A stretch of 63,025 nucleotides of DNA, filler included, from Octopus bimaculoides (GCF_001194135.2; 4 parts of 4 records of this genome joined end to end with filler, not necessarily neighbours in it); one strand, 5' to 3'. Numbered from the whole stretch's first letter, positions 28,390-40,210 are shown. Made by a program: numbers and translations. Notes: generated from the letters alone by a model not told the origin.

Positions 28390-29350
28390 TCTTTCTATTT
28401 TCTGAACTCGTCATATTCTTTTGCTGAGATATTATCATCACAAAGAATGCTCCTGTCGGTCAATAAACAGACTTTATCGTTTTGGTGTTTCACAATATCC
28501 GGTTTATTAGCTTTGATGGATCTGTATGTATGTATCGGAAAGTCCCAACGAATCGTTACAGCCACGAGATGGTGCTTATACCATTTGTCAACACTTTTCC
28601 TTTTGTAATGCTGACATATTAACCAGTGTAGATAATGGCCACATCTTCTATGTCTTGATTTACAATCCATTGGTATTAAACCAGGGATTAAGAGCTCCAC
28701 TGTTTCAATCTCATCATTGAAGAATCGGCAACTTGGGTCTATTCTATTTTTCATCACATTCATTTGATAGTTCTGGGTCAACAAACTTTGGTCTTGATCA
28801 GTTAAGATAAAGCCTTCGCTCTCTGCCTTTAGCCCTGAGCTCCGTTGCCTCTGATGGGTGAGATTCTGGTCTGCATTAGCTTTTTTGTTTTTTTACGCAC
28901 CACATATTTGCCAGGCAGAAGCTTCTGCTCCCACCCATCAGCCAATTCTTCATACGGTTTTTTCTTTTGCCATTAATTTCGCCTTTTCTACAACAGTTGA
29001 CACACTTCCATCATGCTATTCAACCAGGTTATTATTCATGAATTCAATTGCAAATTTCATGACAAAATGAAACTTCTTAAGGCTTGTGATTTTCAACGAG
29101 GTTTAGCATCCAGTCGTTTTGTTGTTTCAAGACATTTGGCCAGTTCAATTGTGGTGATTGTGTATGAGATTTGCAATTCAATCAAGCCTCAACTTCCTTG
29201 GGCTCAGGGAACGTAGAGACGATTTGTGTCGGCTTCTGGGTGGTGCATTTTATTACAGCTCAGCAGCTTACGAATTCTCCTATCAATTTTCATTATTTCA
29301 CTGATCTTTCACGTCAACACATCGAAGCTATAAATAAACTCTGCAAATGC
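28390..29350 (-). mobile_element. R4/Dong-like non-LTR retrotransposon, 3-prime fragment with restriction-like endonuclease
   Basis: MHHPEADTNRLYVP, SSGLKAESEGFILTDQDQSL, a degenerate CCHC knuckle (DPSCRFFNDEIETVE), RH, and WDFPIHTYRSIKANKPDIV (PD..D nuclease). Confidence 0.85.
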
Positions 29351-29616
29351 TTATTATTATGATATACAAATGCCCGTCCTCTCCATAAGAATTTAAAGCT
29401 TCACTTCAGGGGGTATGACTGCTATTTTGGATAGTATGCGTAGCTGAGATGTTCCTACGTCGCTTGATAATAGACAAAAATTGTATTCTCCAGAAAGCAA
29501 TGTAATGGATACATGAGAAAAAGAAATATCAGCGCCATTAGAGAAGACATTAATCTCGTTGTTTATTGGAAAGAGATGGATTTATTCTAACAGAGAATAT
29601 AAGTATGATGTTTATA

Positions 29617-29996
29617 CGAGGGTGAGTCAAAAACTAATGTCATTTTGTTTAGGACAGGTTTAATTACCAATACAGGAACATGTATCATACATCAAAATGA
29701 AGCTTTTTATGAGTGTATTGTTTTTATTTTGACACGAGATTGACCAGAATGACACCTTGAGCATCCCAAAAGACAGTCGCCATGATTTTTCCAGCTGATT
29801 TTTGACTCTTGAAATTTTTCGGTGGTAACGTAGAGTGGGGCCATTCCATTGACTACCTCTTTGATTCCAGTTCATAATGATGAACCCATGTTTCATCGCC
29901 TGTTACGAGCCTTCGAAAGAAGGTGTTGATTCTTTGATTTTGTAGTGAAAATGTGGCTCAAAGAACAGTCAAAAGAATTTTACGATGCAGGGATAC
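29617..29996. mobile_element. Mariner relic with an internal inversion
   Basis: TA-CGAGGGTGAGTCAAAA terminus on +. Minus-strand VTGDETWVHHYELESKR*SMEW...KIMATVFWDAQGVILV at about 29730-29910. Plus-strand C-terminal VKMWLKEQSKEFYDAGI at about 29945-29996. Confidence 0.75.
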
Positions 29997-31594
29997 ATGT
30001 TCAATTCATCTCATTTATTAAATATCGGATTTTGTTTTTTCTTTTTTAGGTCAAACTCTTTCATTGCATTTTTAACATTCTTAGTGAGTCACAGTGAGGC
30101 TCCGGTGTGTTTGTGTGGTTAGAAGTGTGCTTCCCAACATTATAGTTCTGGATGAAATCCCACCGCTTGGTACTTTGGGCAAGTATCTTCTACTATAGCA
30201 TATGGTTGACCAAAGACGTGTGAATTATTGTCGATTGAGTGAAATTGAATGAAGCATGTCGTAGATGTGTGAGCACGTGCGCACGCGCATGTGTGTGTGT
30301 CTGTGTTTGTCTTTCACCACTGTGTTTACGTCCCTGTAACTTAGCGATTCGACAAAGTCATCAATAGAATAAGCGCCAGGACTGAGGGCGATTAGATCGA
30401 TAGATGTTCTTCAAAGCCATGTCACAGCACGGCCGCAGTCTCGTAACTAATACAAATCAAATATAAAAGATAAAAGATACATATTTTCATGCTTCCCATC
30501 GCACGCCCATACATACATACATGCATAAATGCACGTGTTGTTTCTTCTCTATTGTTGGGCGCATATTCCAGCGTCGCTATGTCTATGCACAAGAGCTAAT
30601 CTTAATAAATGTTGGCAAGTCTGTTAGATTTCAAACCAATGGCTTTATTTCAATATTGTCTATGAAGGAAAAATATATAATTTGTGAAGAACATTATCTA
30701 CTCTTAATAGACACAATATTTATATTCCTACCAACGTAATTCTTTTATCTTTCCTGTGAACTACATTTTCTTTTAAAATTCTTTATACTTAAATTTATGT
30801 ATCTCTGTAATACTCTCCGTTTCTGTCCATCAACCAATCTCGCTTGTTCGTCCTTTCCCTCTGTCTGTTCCTCGTTATTTTATTTTCCCATATTAATAAT
30901 ATCTTCTCAGTTACCATCAAATATAGCATTCGAAAATTAACCTTCGTGGCGACATTGTAATAGAATTCTTTATTTCAACTTTTAGTGAGATACATTTTAC
31001 TGTAATAGAAAATGTACGGCAAAAATACTAATATTATATTATTTGCAAAAAAACTAATCAAGTTTATTAATACATTCTTTTATTTACTCTTTTGATGTTT
31101 TCTAATAACAACTATACATTTTGCAACTAATTCGATAAATAATTTTCAGCTAAATTAATCCAGAAAGTAAAGCTTACTACAAAAGAATATAGTTTGATCT
31201 GATTCCACGATGTGGATTATGTTGCGATTCGTTACTTCTTTCTATTTGTTTCCTGCTATCATCACTCCCTGCCTCGAATTGGTTCCCCTAATAATTTCGT
31301 TCATCTTTACTTCCCGAGCATTTTATTGATACTGACTTACATCAACTTCGTTTTTTCTCTTACCGCAATATCTCTCCCTTCCATTCTGTTATGTATTATA
31401 TCACCTGCTCCCTATTTAGTTTTATTCTAATAACATTATCTATCGACCTGGCGAGAGAATTAGACTTACACTACTCGATCAGTTAAGAATGAAATCTCCT
31501 CCTCTCTACAACCCCACTACAATGAATTATGTAGATTCTGATTAATATGCGTGTGTGTGTGTGTGCGTGCATGCGTGTGTGTGTATGTGTGTGC

Positions 31595-31636
<42 letters not shown>

Positions 31637-31766
31637 GTGTTTAGTGGTTGAAGTGTTGTTCAGATATTGTGTATTGAGAAAAAGGAGGGAATCAAATAAT
31701 TGGATAAATCTTTATTAGTACTAATAAAGAATTATCCAAAATTCTGACAGCCTCTTTTTTCTCGGG

Positions 31767-31866
31767 NNNNNNNNNNNNNNNNNNNNNNNNNNNNNNNNNN
31801 NNNNNNNNNNTTAATTAATTAANNNNNNNNNNNNNNNNNNNNNNNNNNNNNNNNNNNNNNNNNNNN
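31767..31866. other. Synthetic scaffold spacer 44N-TTAATTAATTAA-44N
   Basis: Exactly 100 bp. The same structure occurs at 48947-49046 and 56761-56860. The 12-mer puts a stop in all six frames. Confidence 0.95.
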
Positions 31867-32614
31867 GAACCCTGCTGTACTCTTCCACCACAACTTTCTC
31901 TCACTCTTACTTCTTGTTTCTGTTGTGCCTGTAATTTAAAGGGTCAGCCTTGTCACACTATGTGTCACGCTGAATCTCCCCTGAGAACTACGTTAAGGGT
32001 ACACGTGTCTGTGGAGTGCTCAGCCACTTGCACGTTAATTTCACGAGCAGGCTGTTCCGTTGATCGAATCAACTGGAACCCTCGATGTCGTAAGCGACGG
32101 AGTGCCAACATAGAGATGTTATCATATCTTTTTAGATTCAAGCATAGATTCCTTTACATAGGAACTCGGCCACCTCGTCTCCTTATATTAAATGTGCTGA
32201 TTGTATCTTCACTGCCTTCTTTCCATGTGGGCTGGTTGTGAACATTTTGTCTTTTCTGTTATATGGAATTAAAAAGGCAGTGAGCTCGCAGAATCCTTAG
32301 CACAGCAGGCAGTATTCTTAGAGGCATTTCCTCTGTCTTAACATTCTGAGCTTAAACTCCGCTGTGGTTGACTTTGCCTTTCATCCTTTTGAGGGAGATA
32401 AAATAAGTACCAGTTGTACACTGGGGATCAGTCTAATCGACTTGTTCCTCCCCTAAAATTGCTGGCCTTGTGCCAAAATCAAAGACCAAAATATAGAATT
32501 ATGCGAACTAGCAGAATCATTAGCACATAGGACAAAATGCTTGGTAGTATTTCTTCTGACTTTTTATGTTCTGAGTTCAAATTCCACTCTCTCTCTTCCC
32601 TACCATTTCTTCCT

Positions 32615-32739
32615 CACCCTCCCTCCACTCTCTCTTCTTCACCCTCCCTCCACTCTCTCTTCTTCACCCTCCCTCCACTCTCTCTTCTTCACCCTCCCTC
32701 CACTCTCTCTTCTTCACCCTCCCTCCACTCTCTCTTCTT
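32615..32739. repeat. 25-bp pyrimidine-rich minisatellite, 5 perfect copies
   Basis: Unit CACCCTCCCTCCACTCTCTCTTCTT, within a C/T-rich tract running from about 32585 to 32895. Confidence 0.95.
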
Positions 32740-32895
32740 CACCATCATACTTCTCCACCCTCCCTCATTCACTACTGTTCTTTTACTCCCTCTCTTCCTC
32801 GTCCTTCTTTCCCTCCCTCTCTTCCCTACCCTTTCTTCCTCACCCTCCCTCCACTTTTCCCCCTCTTCTACTATGAGTCTTCTTCACTCTTCCAG

Positions 32896-33096
32896 ATCCA
32901 GACTCTGGCATACCACCCGTCTCCATCAGTGACATTTATCTTTTCGCTCTGATCGCAATATTCCTGTTGTCCTCACTGTGTCACCTCCAAGAGATAACAA
33001 ACCTACTCAACGGCGTCTGGTACCTTCTCTGCCTCCCCACAGGATACCTCGTGCTTATCATGTACAGCATATGTAACCTCACTGACAAATCATGGG
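32896..33096 (+). CDS. chs: Chitin synthase (SAM-containing type), first visible internal exon: TM helices up to the SW of SWGTRE
   Basis: Acceptor tcttccag, donor TGGG|gtaagt. Phase 1 to phase 1. Translates PDSGIPPVSISDIYLFALIAIFLLSSLCHLQEITNLLNGVWYLLCLPTGYLVLIMYSICNLTDKSW-G, matching the metazoan CHS pattern LH..E...G.WYLL.LP.GYL.L..YSI.N....SWG. Confidence 0.93.
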
Positions 33097-33485
33097 GTAA
33101 GTTAAAAATCCTGATGTACTTTTTTTTGTGTCTTTTCCATCGTCATTCAATACATGTTATCTTCTATCTTTTAGCTGTTTCGGTCATTGGACTGTGGCCA
33201 TATTGGGGCGCTGCCTTGTTGGGTTTAGTTGAAAAAAAAAATAACACTCTGCCCCGTTCACACGACTTAGTTTATTATTTAAGTCTGGCACTTATTGAAT
33301 CAGTTCATTTTACTGAACTGCTAAGCTATGGGGACATAAACTAATCACTTGTTGGTCAAGTTGTGGTAGTGGGGACAAATACAACATAAACACAAACATA
33401 CACACACACACATACACAGATATATACATACATAAATGCACACACACACACACATGTATATGCATTATACATATATATATTATAT

Positions 33486-33870
33486 GTGTGGTAAGTAGCT
33501 AGCTTACCAACCACATGGCTCCGGGTTCAGTCCCACTGCGTGGCACCTTGGGCAAGTGTCTTCTACTATAGCCTCGAGCCGGCCAAAGCCTTGTGAGTGG
33601 ATTTGGTAGACGGAAACTGAAAGAAGCCTGTCATATATATGTATATATACATGTGTGTGTGTGTGTGTGTTTGTGTCTGTGTTTGTCCACACAACATCGC
33701 TTGACAACCAATGCTGGTGTGTTTACGTACCCGTAACTTAGCGGTTCGGCAAAAGATTTCGATAGAATAAGTACTAGGCTTACGAAGAATAAGTCCTGGG
33801 GTCGATTTGCTCGACTAAAGGCGGTGCTCCAGCATGGCCGCAGTCAAATGACTGAAACAAGTAAAAGAGT
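33486..33870 (+). mobile_element. tRNA-derived SINE, family A (GTGTGGTAAGTAGCT head, GACTGAAACAAGTAAAAGAG tail)
   Basis: B-box-like GGTTCAGTCCC and an internal (TG)n tract. Highly similar to the copies at 46657 and 52676. Confidence 0.85.
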
Positions 33871-33872
33871 AT

Positions 33873-33905
<33 letters not shown>

Positions 33906-34714
33906 TAAACAAAGGAATTCCAACTTTGTCTGATTTTCACATTTTACTTACAATCTTATAATAATATAAGATAATGAAACGATAGAATACTAAATGTCCG
34001 TTCTGACTGCACTAGTGCTTTCATGCATTAAGCTATGCAATCTTCAGGTTCATGTAGTAGTGGTGACTGTTATGTTCTACAATATACAACTGTAGTGAGA
34101 TGACTAAACTGTGTGCCTTAAATACATTTTATAGGCTCCAGAATGTTTTTACAAACTGTATTCTGACCAATCAGTGTGTGGTTTCATGAAATTACTTAAG
34201 GTGATTGGTGTTTGGTTTAGGCGTCACAGTTTGTTGAACATGTCAAAAGACCCTGGCCCAAAACAGTAACTGTTGGGCTATTTAGAAATGCTGTAAACAA
34301 CATTTCCCGGGGATTTTTGCATTTCAATTATCATCACCTTTATTATTGTTATCATTGGTGGTGGTGGTGGTGGTGGAGGTGGTAGAAGTAGCTGTGGTAA
34401 TAGATGCCAGTATCATGTAACTGGATTTATGGGGGTATAATTCATGATGAGTTCATTCTAGATGATCTTTGGTGTTTGTTGCTGGAACTGGGGATGGTTT
34501 CAGCACACTGCGGAATCGGCTGCCGACAGATGTGCATGGACCTTGAGGGTTTATATACGATACAAAAATTTTCATTATTTTTTTGAAATTAACTGAAACA
34601 AAAAGCATTCTATTTTCAACTGAAATATGGTAACAAAAGGGTTAGGGTTAGGGTTCCCTCCTGCCCCACCGCAGACATCATGACCCTTACTCCTACTTCC
34701 AATATTACTTTCAG

Positions 34715-34796
34715 GAACAAGGGAGGACAGTTCAGCATCGACGGGCAAAGAAACAGCATTCCTGAGATCATGTTTCAACACGCTGAAGAGCATTTT
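34715..34796 (+). CDS. chs: Chitin synthase exon 2 (visible), completes the WGTRE motif
   Basis: Acceptor tactttcag, donor TT|gtgagt. Phase 1 to 2. Reads (G)TREDSSASTGKETAFLRSCFNTLKSI(F). Joins exon 1 to give SWGTRE. Confidence 0.92.
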
Positions 34797-34934
34797 GTGA
34801 GTAAATATTAAGAATTTATAGTAAATCCTTCCGTCATTCCAGGGCATAGGCCTTTCACAACCTTTCTCCATTGTCCTTCACTCTGGGCCATCTCTTCCTC
34901 TCCCTGCTCTTGTTGGTTTTCATGTGTTCCTTTA

Positions 34935-35150
34935 TTCTTTTGCTTGTTTCAGTCATTTGACTGTGACCATACTGGAGCACACTACCTTTGAAGGTTTCTT
35001 TTCAAGTCAGACAAATCGATCCCAGGACCTGTTTTTTTAAAGCCTGATAGTTATTTTATCACACTCTTTTGCCAAACTGCTAAGTTACGGGGATGCTAAG
35101 TTACCAGTTGTCAAGCAATGGTTGGGGGACAAACCCAGACACAAAGTTAC
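34935..35150 (-). mobile_element. SINE family A, 3-prime part in reverse orientation. Other - copies at about 6075-6210, 33160-33370, 39065-39225 and 49258-49410
   Basis: Reverse complement matches 33690-33870 (for example tgtttcagtcatttgactg, ctaagttacgggga). Confidence 0.75.
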
Positions 35151-35208
35151 GCACACATAGATATATACATACATATATGCATACAGGTATATATATATAT
35201 ATATACAT

Positions 35209-35325
<117 letters not shown>

Positions 35326-35717
35326 TATATTATTAATAAAATTAATAAAATTATTAATAATATTCACAGGAAATCAATATCCAAATTTCCGAAAGATATA
35401 TGTTTAATGTGACACAGTAATATTTTGAATTATAATTAAATTAAAATTTAAGATATACGAAATATAAATATATGTAAAAAATATAAATGTACATAAAAAT
35501 ACATGCGTATATAAATGTATATAAAAATGTATTCGTAATTGAGTGTAAATATTATGAAAGTCTAAAGTTTAAAAAGTATCTTACAATCGTTTCACGGATA
35601 TTATTGCCATTATAATGTAATCAATATAGATAAGCATGTTGGCAATAATTCCACTCTTCAGAGATGAATAGAGTTATTATATACGTGTTAAAAACGAATG
35701 GTATATATAGTAAGGCC

Positions 35718-35920
35718 TGACTGGCCTTTGTGCCGGTGGCACGTAAAAGCACCCACCACACTCTCGGAGCGGTTGGCGTTAGGAAGGGCATCCAGCTGTA
35801 GAAACACTGCCAAATCAGATTGGAGCCTGGTGCAGCCATCTGGTTCACCAGTCCTCAGTCAAATCGTCCAACCCATGCTAGCATGGAAAGCAGACGTTAA
35901 ACGATGATGATGATGATGAT
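35718..35920 (+). mobile_element. SINE-like element with (GAT)n RTE-type tail, family D. Copies at about 48555-48835(-) and 57222-57400(-)
   Basis: Shared GGCGTTAGGAAGGGCATCCAGCTGTAGAAAC and CCAACCCATGCTAGCATGG motifs, ending in GATGATGAT. Confidence 0.75.
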
Positions 35921-36361
35921 ACAGGATGCATAAGGTATTTGAGGACATACCTATTTGGGGGTCATTTCTGCATTTTTGCTCACTCTGTATAATCTTTTTT
36001 TCCTAAAATAATAGTGGCCCTCATGAAGAGGCATGGACTTATTGTGGTTATAAAGGCTGAGAAGAGCGATTTAGAAATATCTTGATTTTTAAAAGTTGCC
36101 AGATCTTTTGTCTACAAAGTTTGTAAGAAGCCAGAGATTGAAGATGGAAACTTATCACCAGCATCAAAGCATAAAACGCATTCTGAATGCTCTGAAATCA
36201 TCAGAACATTTACCTTTATCCAGCAAGTTCAACAGACCATTGATTACAATCCCAGAAAGTCCATGGGGTCAATTGCAAAAGATCTCCATGTGTCAGAAGG
36301 AACAGTCAGAAATGTTGTCCAAGAAGACATCAGATATAAGTTTTATGTGATGAGGAAAGGT
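35920..36361 (+). mobile_element. Tc1/mariner (IS630 superfamily) 5-prime fragment, HTH region
   Basis: ATG at about 36023: MKRHGLIVVIKAEKSDLEIS*FLKVARSFVYKV...IDYNPRKSMGSIAKDLHVSEGTVRNVVQEDIRYKFYVMRKG. Confidence 0.75.
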
Positions 36362-36705
36362 CCAGTCCGTCTGTCCGTCCGTCCAGCTAGCTAGCTAGCT
36401 AGCAGTCTGTCTGTCTATCTAGCTATCTAGGTAGCTATCTGTCTATCTAGCTATCTAGGTAGCTATCTGTCTTATCTGTCTACCTGTCTATCTAGCTATC
36501 TCAATAGCTTGCTATCAATCTGTTTGTCTGTCAGACTGTCCATCTGTCTGACTATCCATCATCTATCTACCCACATAAGTTTGTATATTATATGCACAAG
36601 CTAGTATATATATATATATATATATATACATATGTATAATAATATATATGTATGTATGTGTATATATATATATACATATGTATAATAATATATATGTATG
36701 TATGC

Positions 36706-36789
<84 letters not shown>

Positions 36790-37130
36790 ATATGTGTATA
36801 TATAATCACAATGTGAAACTCTGAGTAACAGTTTTGTGAAGATTTTTTTCAGCTTTACTAAAAAAAATATTACAGTACCTTTGGTGTTTGAATACTATTT
36901 TCCCACCTTAGTTTTACTTTTATTTGCTTACCTGTGTGTATATACATGTGTGTGTGTATGTGTATGGATTTGTATGTAATTGTATGTGTATATTTGTATC
37001 TTTTAATATATGTATACGTATATGTTTGTGTGAATGTATGTAAATATGTTTATGTATTTCTATTCTCCATTCTGTCACCACCACCACCACCACCTGCTGC
37101 TATCACCTGAAACCTTTCCCACTGGTGCAG

Positions 37131-37294
37131 TCCCTGCTGTAGGACAGGAGAGAACAGGTCAAGCAGTGGGTCCATCATCCAGCCCCTTCATACACCAACT
37201 ATGCTAAAACCAGGTGGTGAGGACCTACAAAGCACCTCAGAGATTGAAGTTAGTATCAACATGGATGGAGACTCGAAACATGATACAGTTGATG
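37131..37294 (+). CDS. chs: Chitin synthase exon 3 (visible), low-complexity linker
   Basis: Acceptor ctggtgcag, donor GATG|gtaagt. Phase 2 to 1, which fits both neighbours. Reads (F)PCCRTGENRSSSGSIIQPLHTPTMLKPGGEDLQSTSEIEVSINMDGDSKHDTVD(G). Confidence 0.8.
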
Positions 37295-37357
37295 GTAAGT
37301 CATAGCTTTTATTCTCACACTTGTATTGCAAATAAAAACATTATAATATTGTTGTTC

Positions 37358-37680
37358 TTGGAGTAAAGATTGTTTGCCAACATAACATGGCAGTCCTGGT
37401 TTAGGACGCATGTTGCTGTAATTTAGCCCCAGGAGACATCGTCTCCAGCTGGCTATATGACACGATCTGTGTCCTTATATTTTTTGAACATGGGAATCTA
37501 TCACCCCCACAGATATTGTTTTGAGCTGAGTGGGGGTGCTAGATTCCCTTGTTTGAAAATATAAGGATACAGATCGTGTTGTATAGCCAGCTGGAAAAAT
37601 GTCTCCTGGGGCTAAATTACAGCAACATTCGTCCTAAACCAAGACTGCCATGTTATGTTGGCAAACAATCTTTATTCCAA
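37358..37680. repeat. About 320-bp near-perfect fold-back (MITE-like) in a chitin synthase intron
   Basis: Arms 37358-37500 and 37541-37680 are reverse complements with few mismatches. The spacer also pairs (cacccccac/gtgggggtg). Confidence 0.9.
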
Positions 37681-38744
37681 TGTACTGTTTTACTGAATAT
37701 CTCTCGTTGTGAGATCTACAAATAGTAATTTTCTAATTGTTGTTCTTNNNNNNNNNNNNNNNNNNNNNNNNNNNNNNNNNNNNNNNNNNNNNNNNNNNNN
37801 NNNNNNNNNNNNNNNNNNNNNNNNNNNNNNNNNNNNNNNNNNNNNNNNNNNNNNNNNNNNNNNNNNNNNNNNNNNNNNNNNNNNNNNNNNNNNNNNNNNN
37901 NNNNNNNNNNNNNNNNNNNNNNNNNNNNNNNNNNNNNNNNNNNNNNNNNNNNNNNNNNNNNNNNNNNNNNNNNNNNNNNNNNNNNNNNNNNNNNNNNNNN
38001 NNNNNNNNNNNNNNNNNNNNNNNNNNNNNNNNNNNNNNNNNNNNNNNNNNNNNNNNNNNNNNNNNNNNNNNNNNNNNNNNNNNNNNNNNNNNNNNNNNNN
38101 NNNNNNNNNNNNNNNNNNNNNNNNNNNNNNNNNNNNNNNNNNNNNNNNNNNNNNNNNNNNNNNNNNNNNNNNNNNNNNNNNNNNNNNNNNNNNNNNNNNN
38201 NNNNNNNNNNNNNNNNNNNNNNNNNNNNNNNNNNNNNNNNNNNNNNNNNNNNNNNNNNNNNNNNNNNNNNNNNNNNNNNNNNNNNNNNNNNNNNNNNNNN
38301 NNNNNNNNNNNNNNNNNNNNNNNNNNNNNNNNNNNNNNNNNNNNNNNNNNNNNNNNNNNNNNNNNNNNNNNNNNNNNNNNNNNNNNNNNNNNNNNNNNNN
38401 NNNNNNNNNNNNNNNNNNNNNNNNNNNNNNNNNNNNNNNNNNNNNNNNNNNNNNNNNNNNATATATATATAGTCAATTCAAGGAAGTTAGATCCACATTA
38501 GGGATTATATAATCTAGTGATTCAGCAAAAGAGACCAATAGAATAAGTACCAGGCTTACAAAGAATAAGTCCTGGGGTTGATTTGCTCAACTAAAGGTGG
38601 TGCTCCAGCATGGCCACAGTCAAATGACTGAAACAAATAAAAGAATAAAAGAATATATATATGTATATATATGGAGCCTGTAACCCCATTTTTGCAAAAT
38701 GACCTTCTATGTAAATATATTTGTATCCAATAATGCATTTTTAG

Positions 38745-38815
38745 GTCAACTTCTCTCTGTTGAATATGGTGTAAAAGTTATACCAGTGCAGGAATGGTTA
38801 CCAGACAGCTTTAAG
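38745..38815 (+). CDS. chs: Chitin synthase exon 4 (visible), start of SAM domain 1
   Basis: Acceptor catttttag, donor AAG|gtaggt. Phase 1 to 0. Reads (G)QLLSVEYGVKVIPVQEWLPDSFK, with the V.EWL opening typical of SAM. Confidence 0.87.
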
Positions 38816-38865
38816 GTAGGTGCCTGCTGTTACTATTGTTGTTGTTGTTGTTGTTTAGCCAGAGA

Positions 38866-38905
<40 letters not shown>

Positions 38906-39451
38906 TGTGTATATATTGGTGTTTGTATGTGTGTGTGTGCGTGTGTGTGTGTGTATGTGCACGTGTGTATATATTGGTGTGTGTGTGTGTGTGTGTTTGT
39001 GTATATTGGTGTTTGTGTATATTGGTGTTTGTATGTGTGTGTGTGTGTGAAACGAACTTCCATGCTGTTTCCGTTTCCGTCTCCCAGACTCACTCACAAG
39101 GCATTGGTCATCTTGGGACTTCAGTAGAAAATATTTGCTCAAGGTGTCACACAGCAGGACTGAACCTGAAACCACATTGTTGTGAAATGAACTTTTTAAC
39201 CACACAGCCATGCTTGCAACTATGACAAACTTTCTGAAACCCTAAAATATATAAATAAGGGATTCTGATTATCCTTCGAAAATTTTTAGGAACTAAGTTT
39301 AGGGTATTAATTAAAGGATCTCTTGTTGGACATAGACGTGGCTGTAGAAAAAAACTTGCTTCCCAACCACATGGTTCTGGGTGAGTATTTTCTTCTATAG
39401 CCTCGGGCCGACCAAAGCCTTGTGAGTGGATTTGGTAAGGATAACCATTAT

Positions 39452-40034
39452 TCAAAGTTTTTTTAAAAAAACATCATAGTTTTTCCTGTTGCCAGACATA
39501 GNNNNNNNNNNNNNNNNNNNNNNNNNNNNNNNNNNNNNNNNNNNNNNNNNNNNNNNNNNNNNNNNNNNNNNNNNNNNNNNNNNNNNNNNNNNNNNNNNNN
39601 NTAGGGTCTTCCAGCAGCCATCCTCTTGATCCAGGGCAGCACCACCCCCTCCAGGCACTTGATGTAGACCTCCATGTTGAATCTGAGGCCATGTGGGAAG
39701 ATGAATGGAGGCATAACGTTGCCATCACTAGTGATCACTCCAAACACCACGATGGTGACTGGATGTTCGATTTTTATCACTCTTGCTACATGTTCATATT
39801 GCTACATGTTCATATTGCTACATGTCCGTATTGGATCTTCTGATGTAAATGCCAAGCAGTACAGCATGTCATTTCCAAATTTCTGGCAGAGTGAAATGCA
39901 TCATGGTGTTGTTTTTCTTATAGATGGTGCCCAACTGACTCTACTATACTGTGTTATTGACAAAATCAGAAAACAAACATGCACATGTGCCAAATTAAAA
40001 ATATAAAATAGCAACAATTTTCCCACCGCACCCT
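39452..40034 (-). mobile_element. Internally deleted Tc1/mariner element
   Basis: Terminus TA-CAGGGTGCGGTGGGAAAATT at about 40034. Decayed N-terminus TLPEIWK*HAVLLGI, then a jump to the catalytic region HPVTIVVFGVITSDGNVMPPFIFPHGLRFNMEVYIKCLEGVVLPWIKRMAAGRP. Confidence 0.8.
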
Positions 40035-40065
40035 GTATATCATCATCATCATCATTTAACATCCT

Positions 40066-40157
<92 letters not shown>

Positions 40158-40210
40158 TATATTTATATATATACACTTACATATATATATGTTTGTATGT
40201 GTTTTACTAG

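Noticed and set aside
31811-31822. TTAATTAATTAA islands inside gaps, three times, as a possible conserved motif
   Set aside because: Identical 44N/12/44N layout and stops in six frames indicate an assembly spacer.
32537-32932. Pro/Ser/Leu-rich ORFs as a possible extension of the CHS exon
   Set aside because: They are translations of the 25-bp repeat, and the CHS frame has a stop at 32874-76.
34639-34655. GGGTTAGGGTTAGGGTT telomere-like motif before the WGTRE exon
   Set aside because: Fewer than three units, so compatible with chance.
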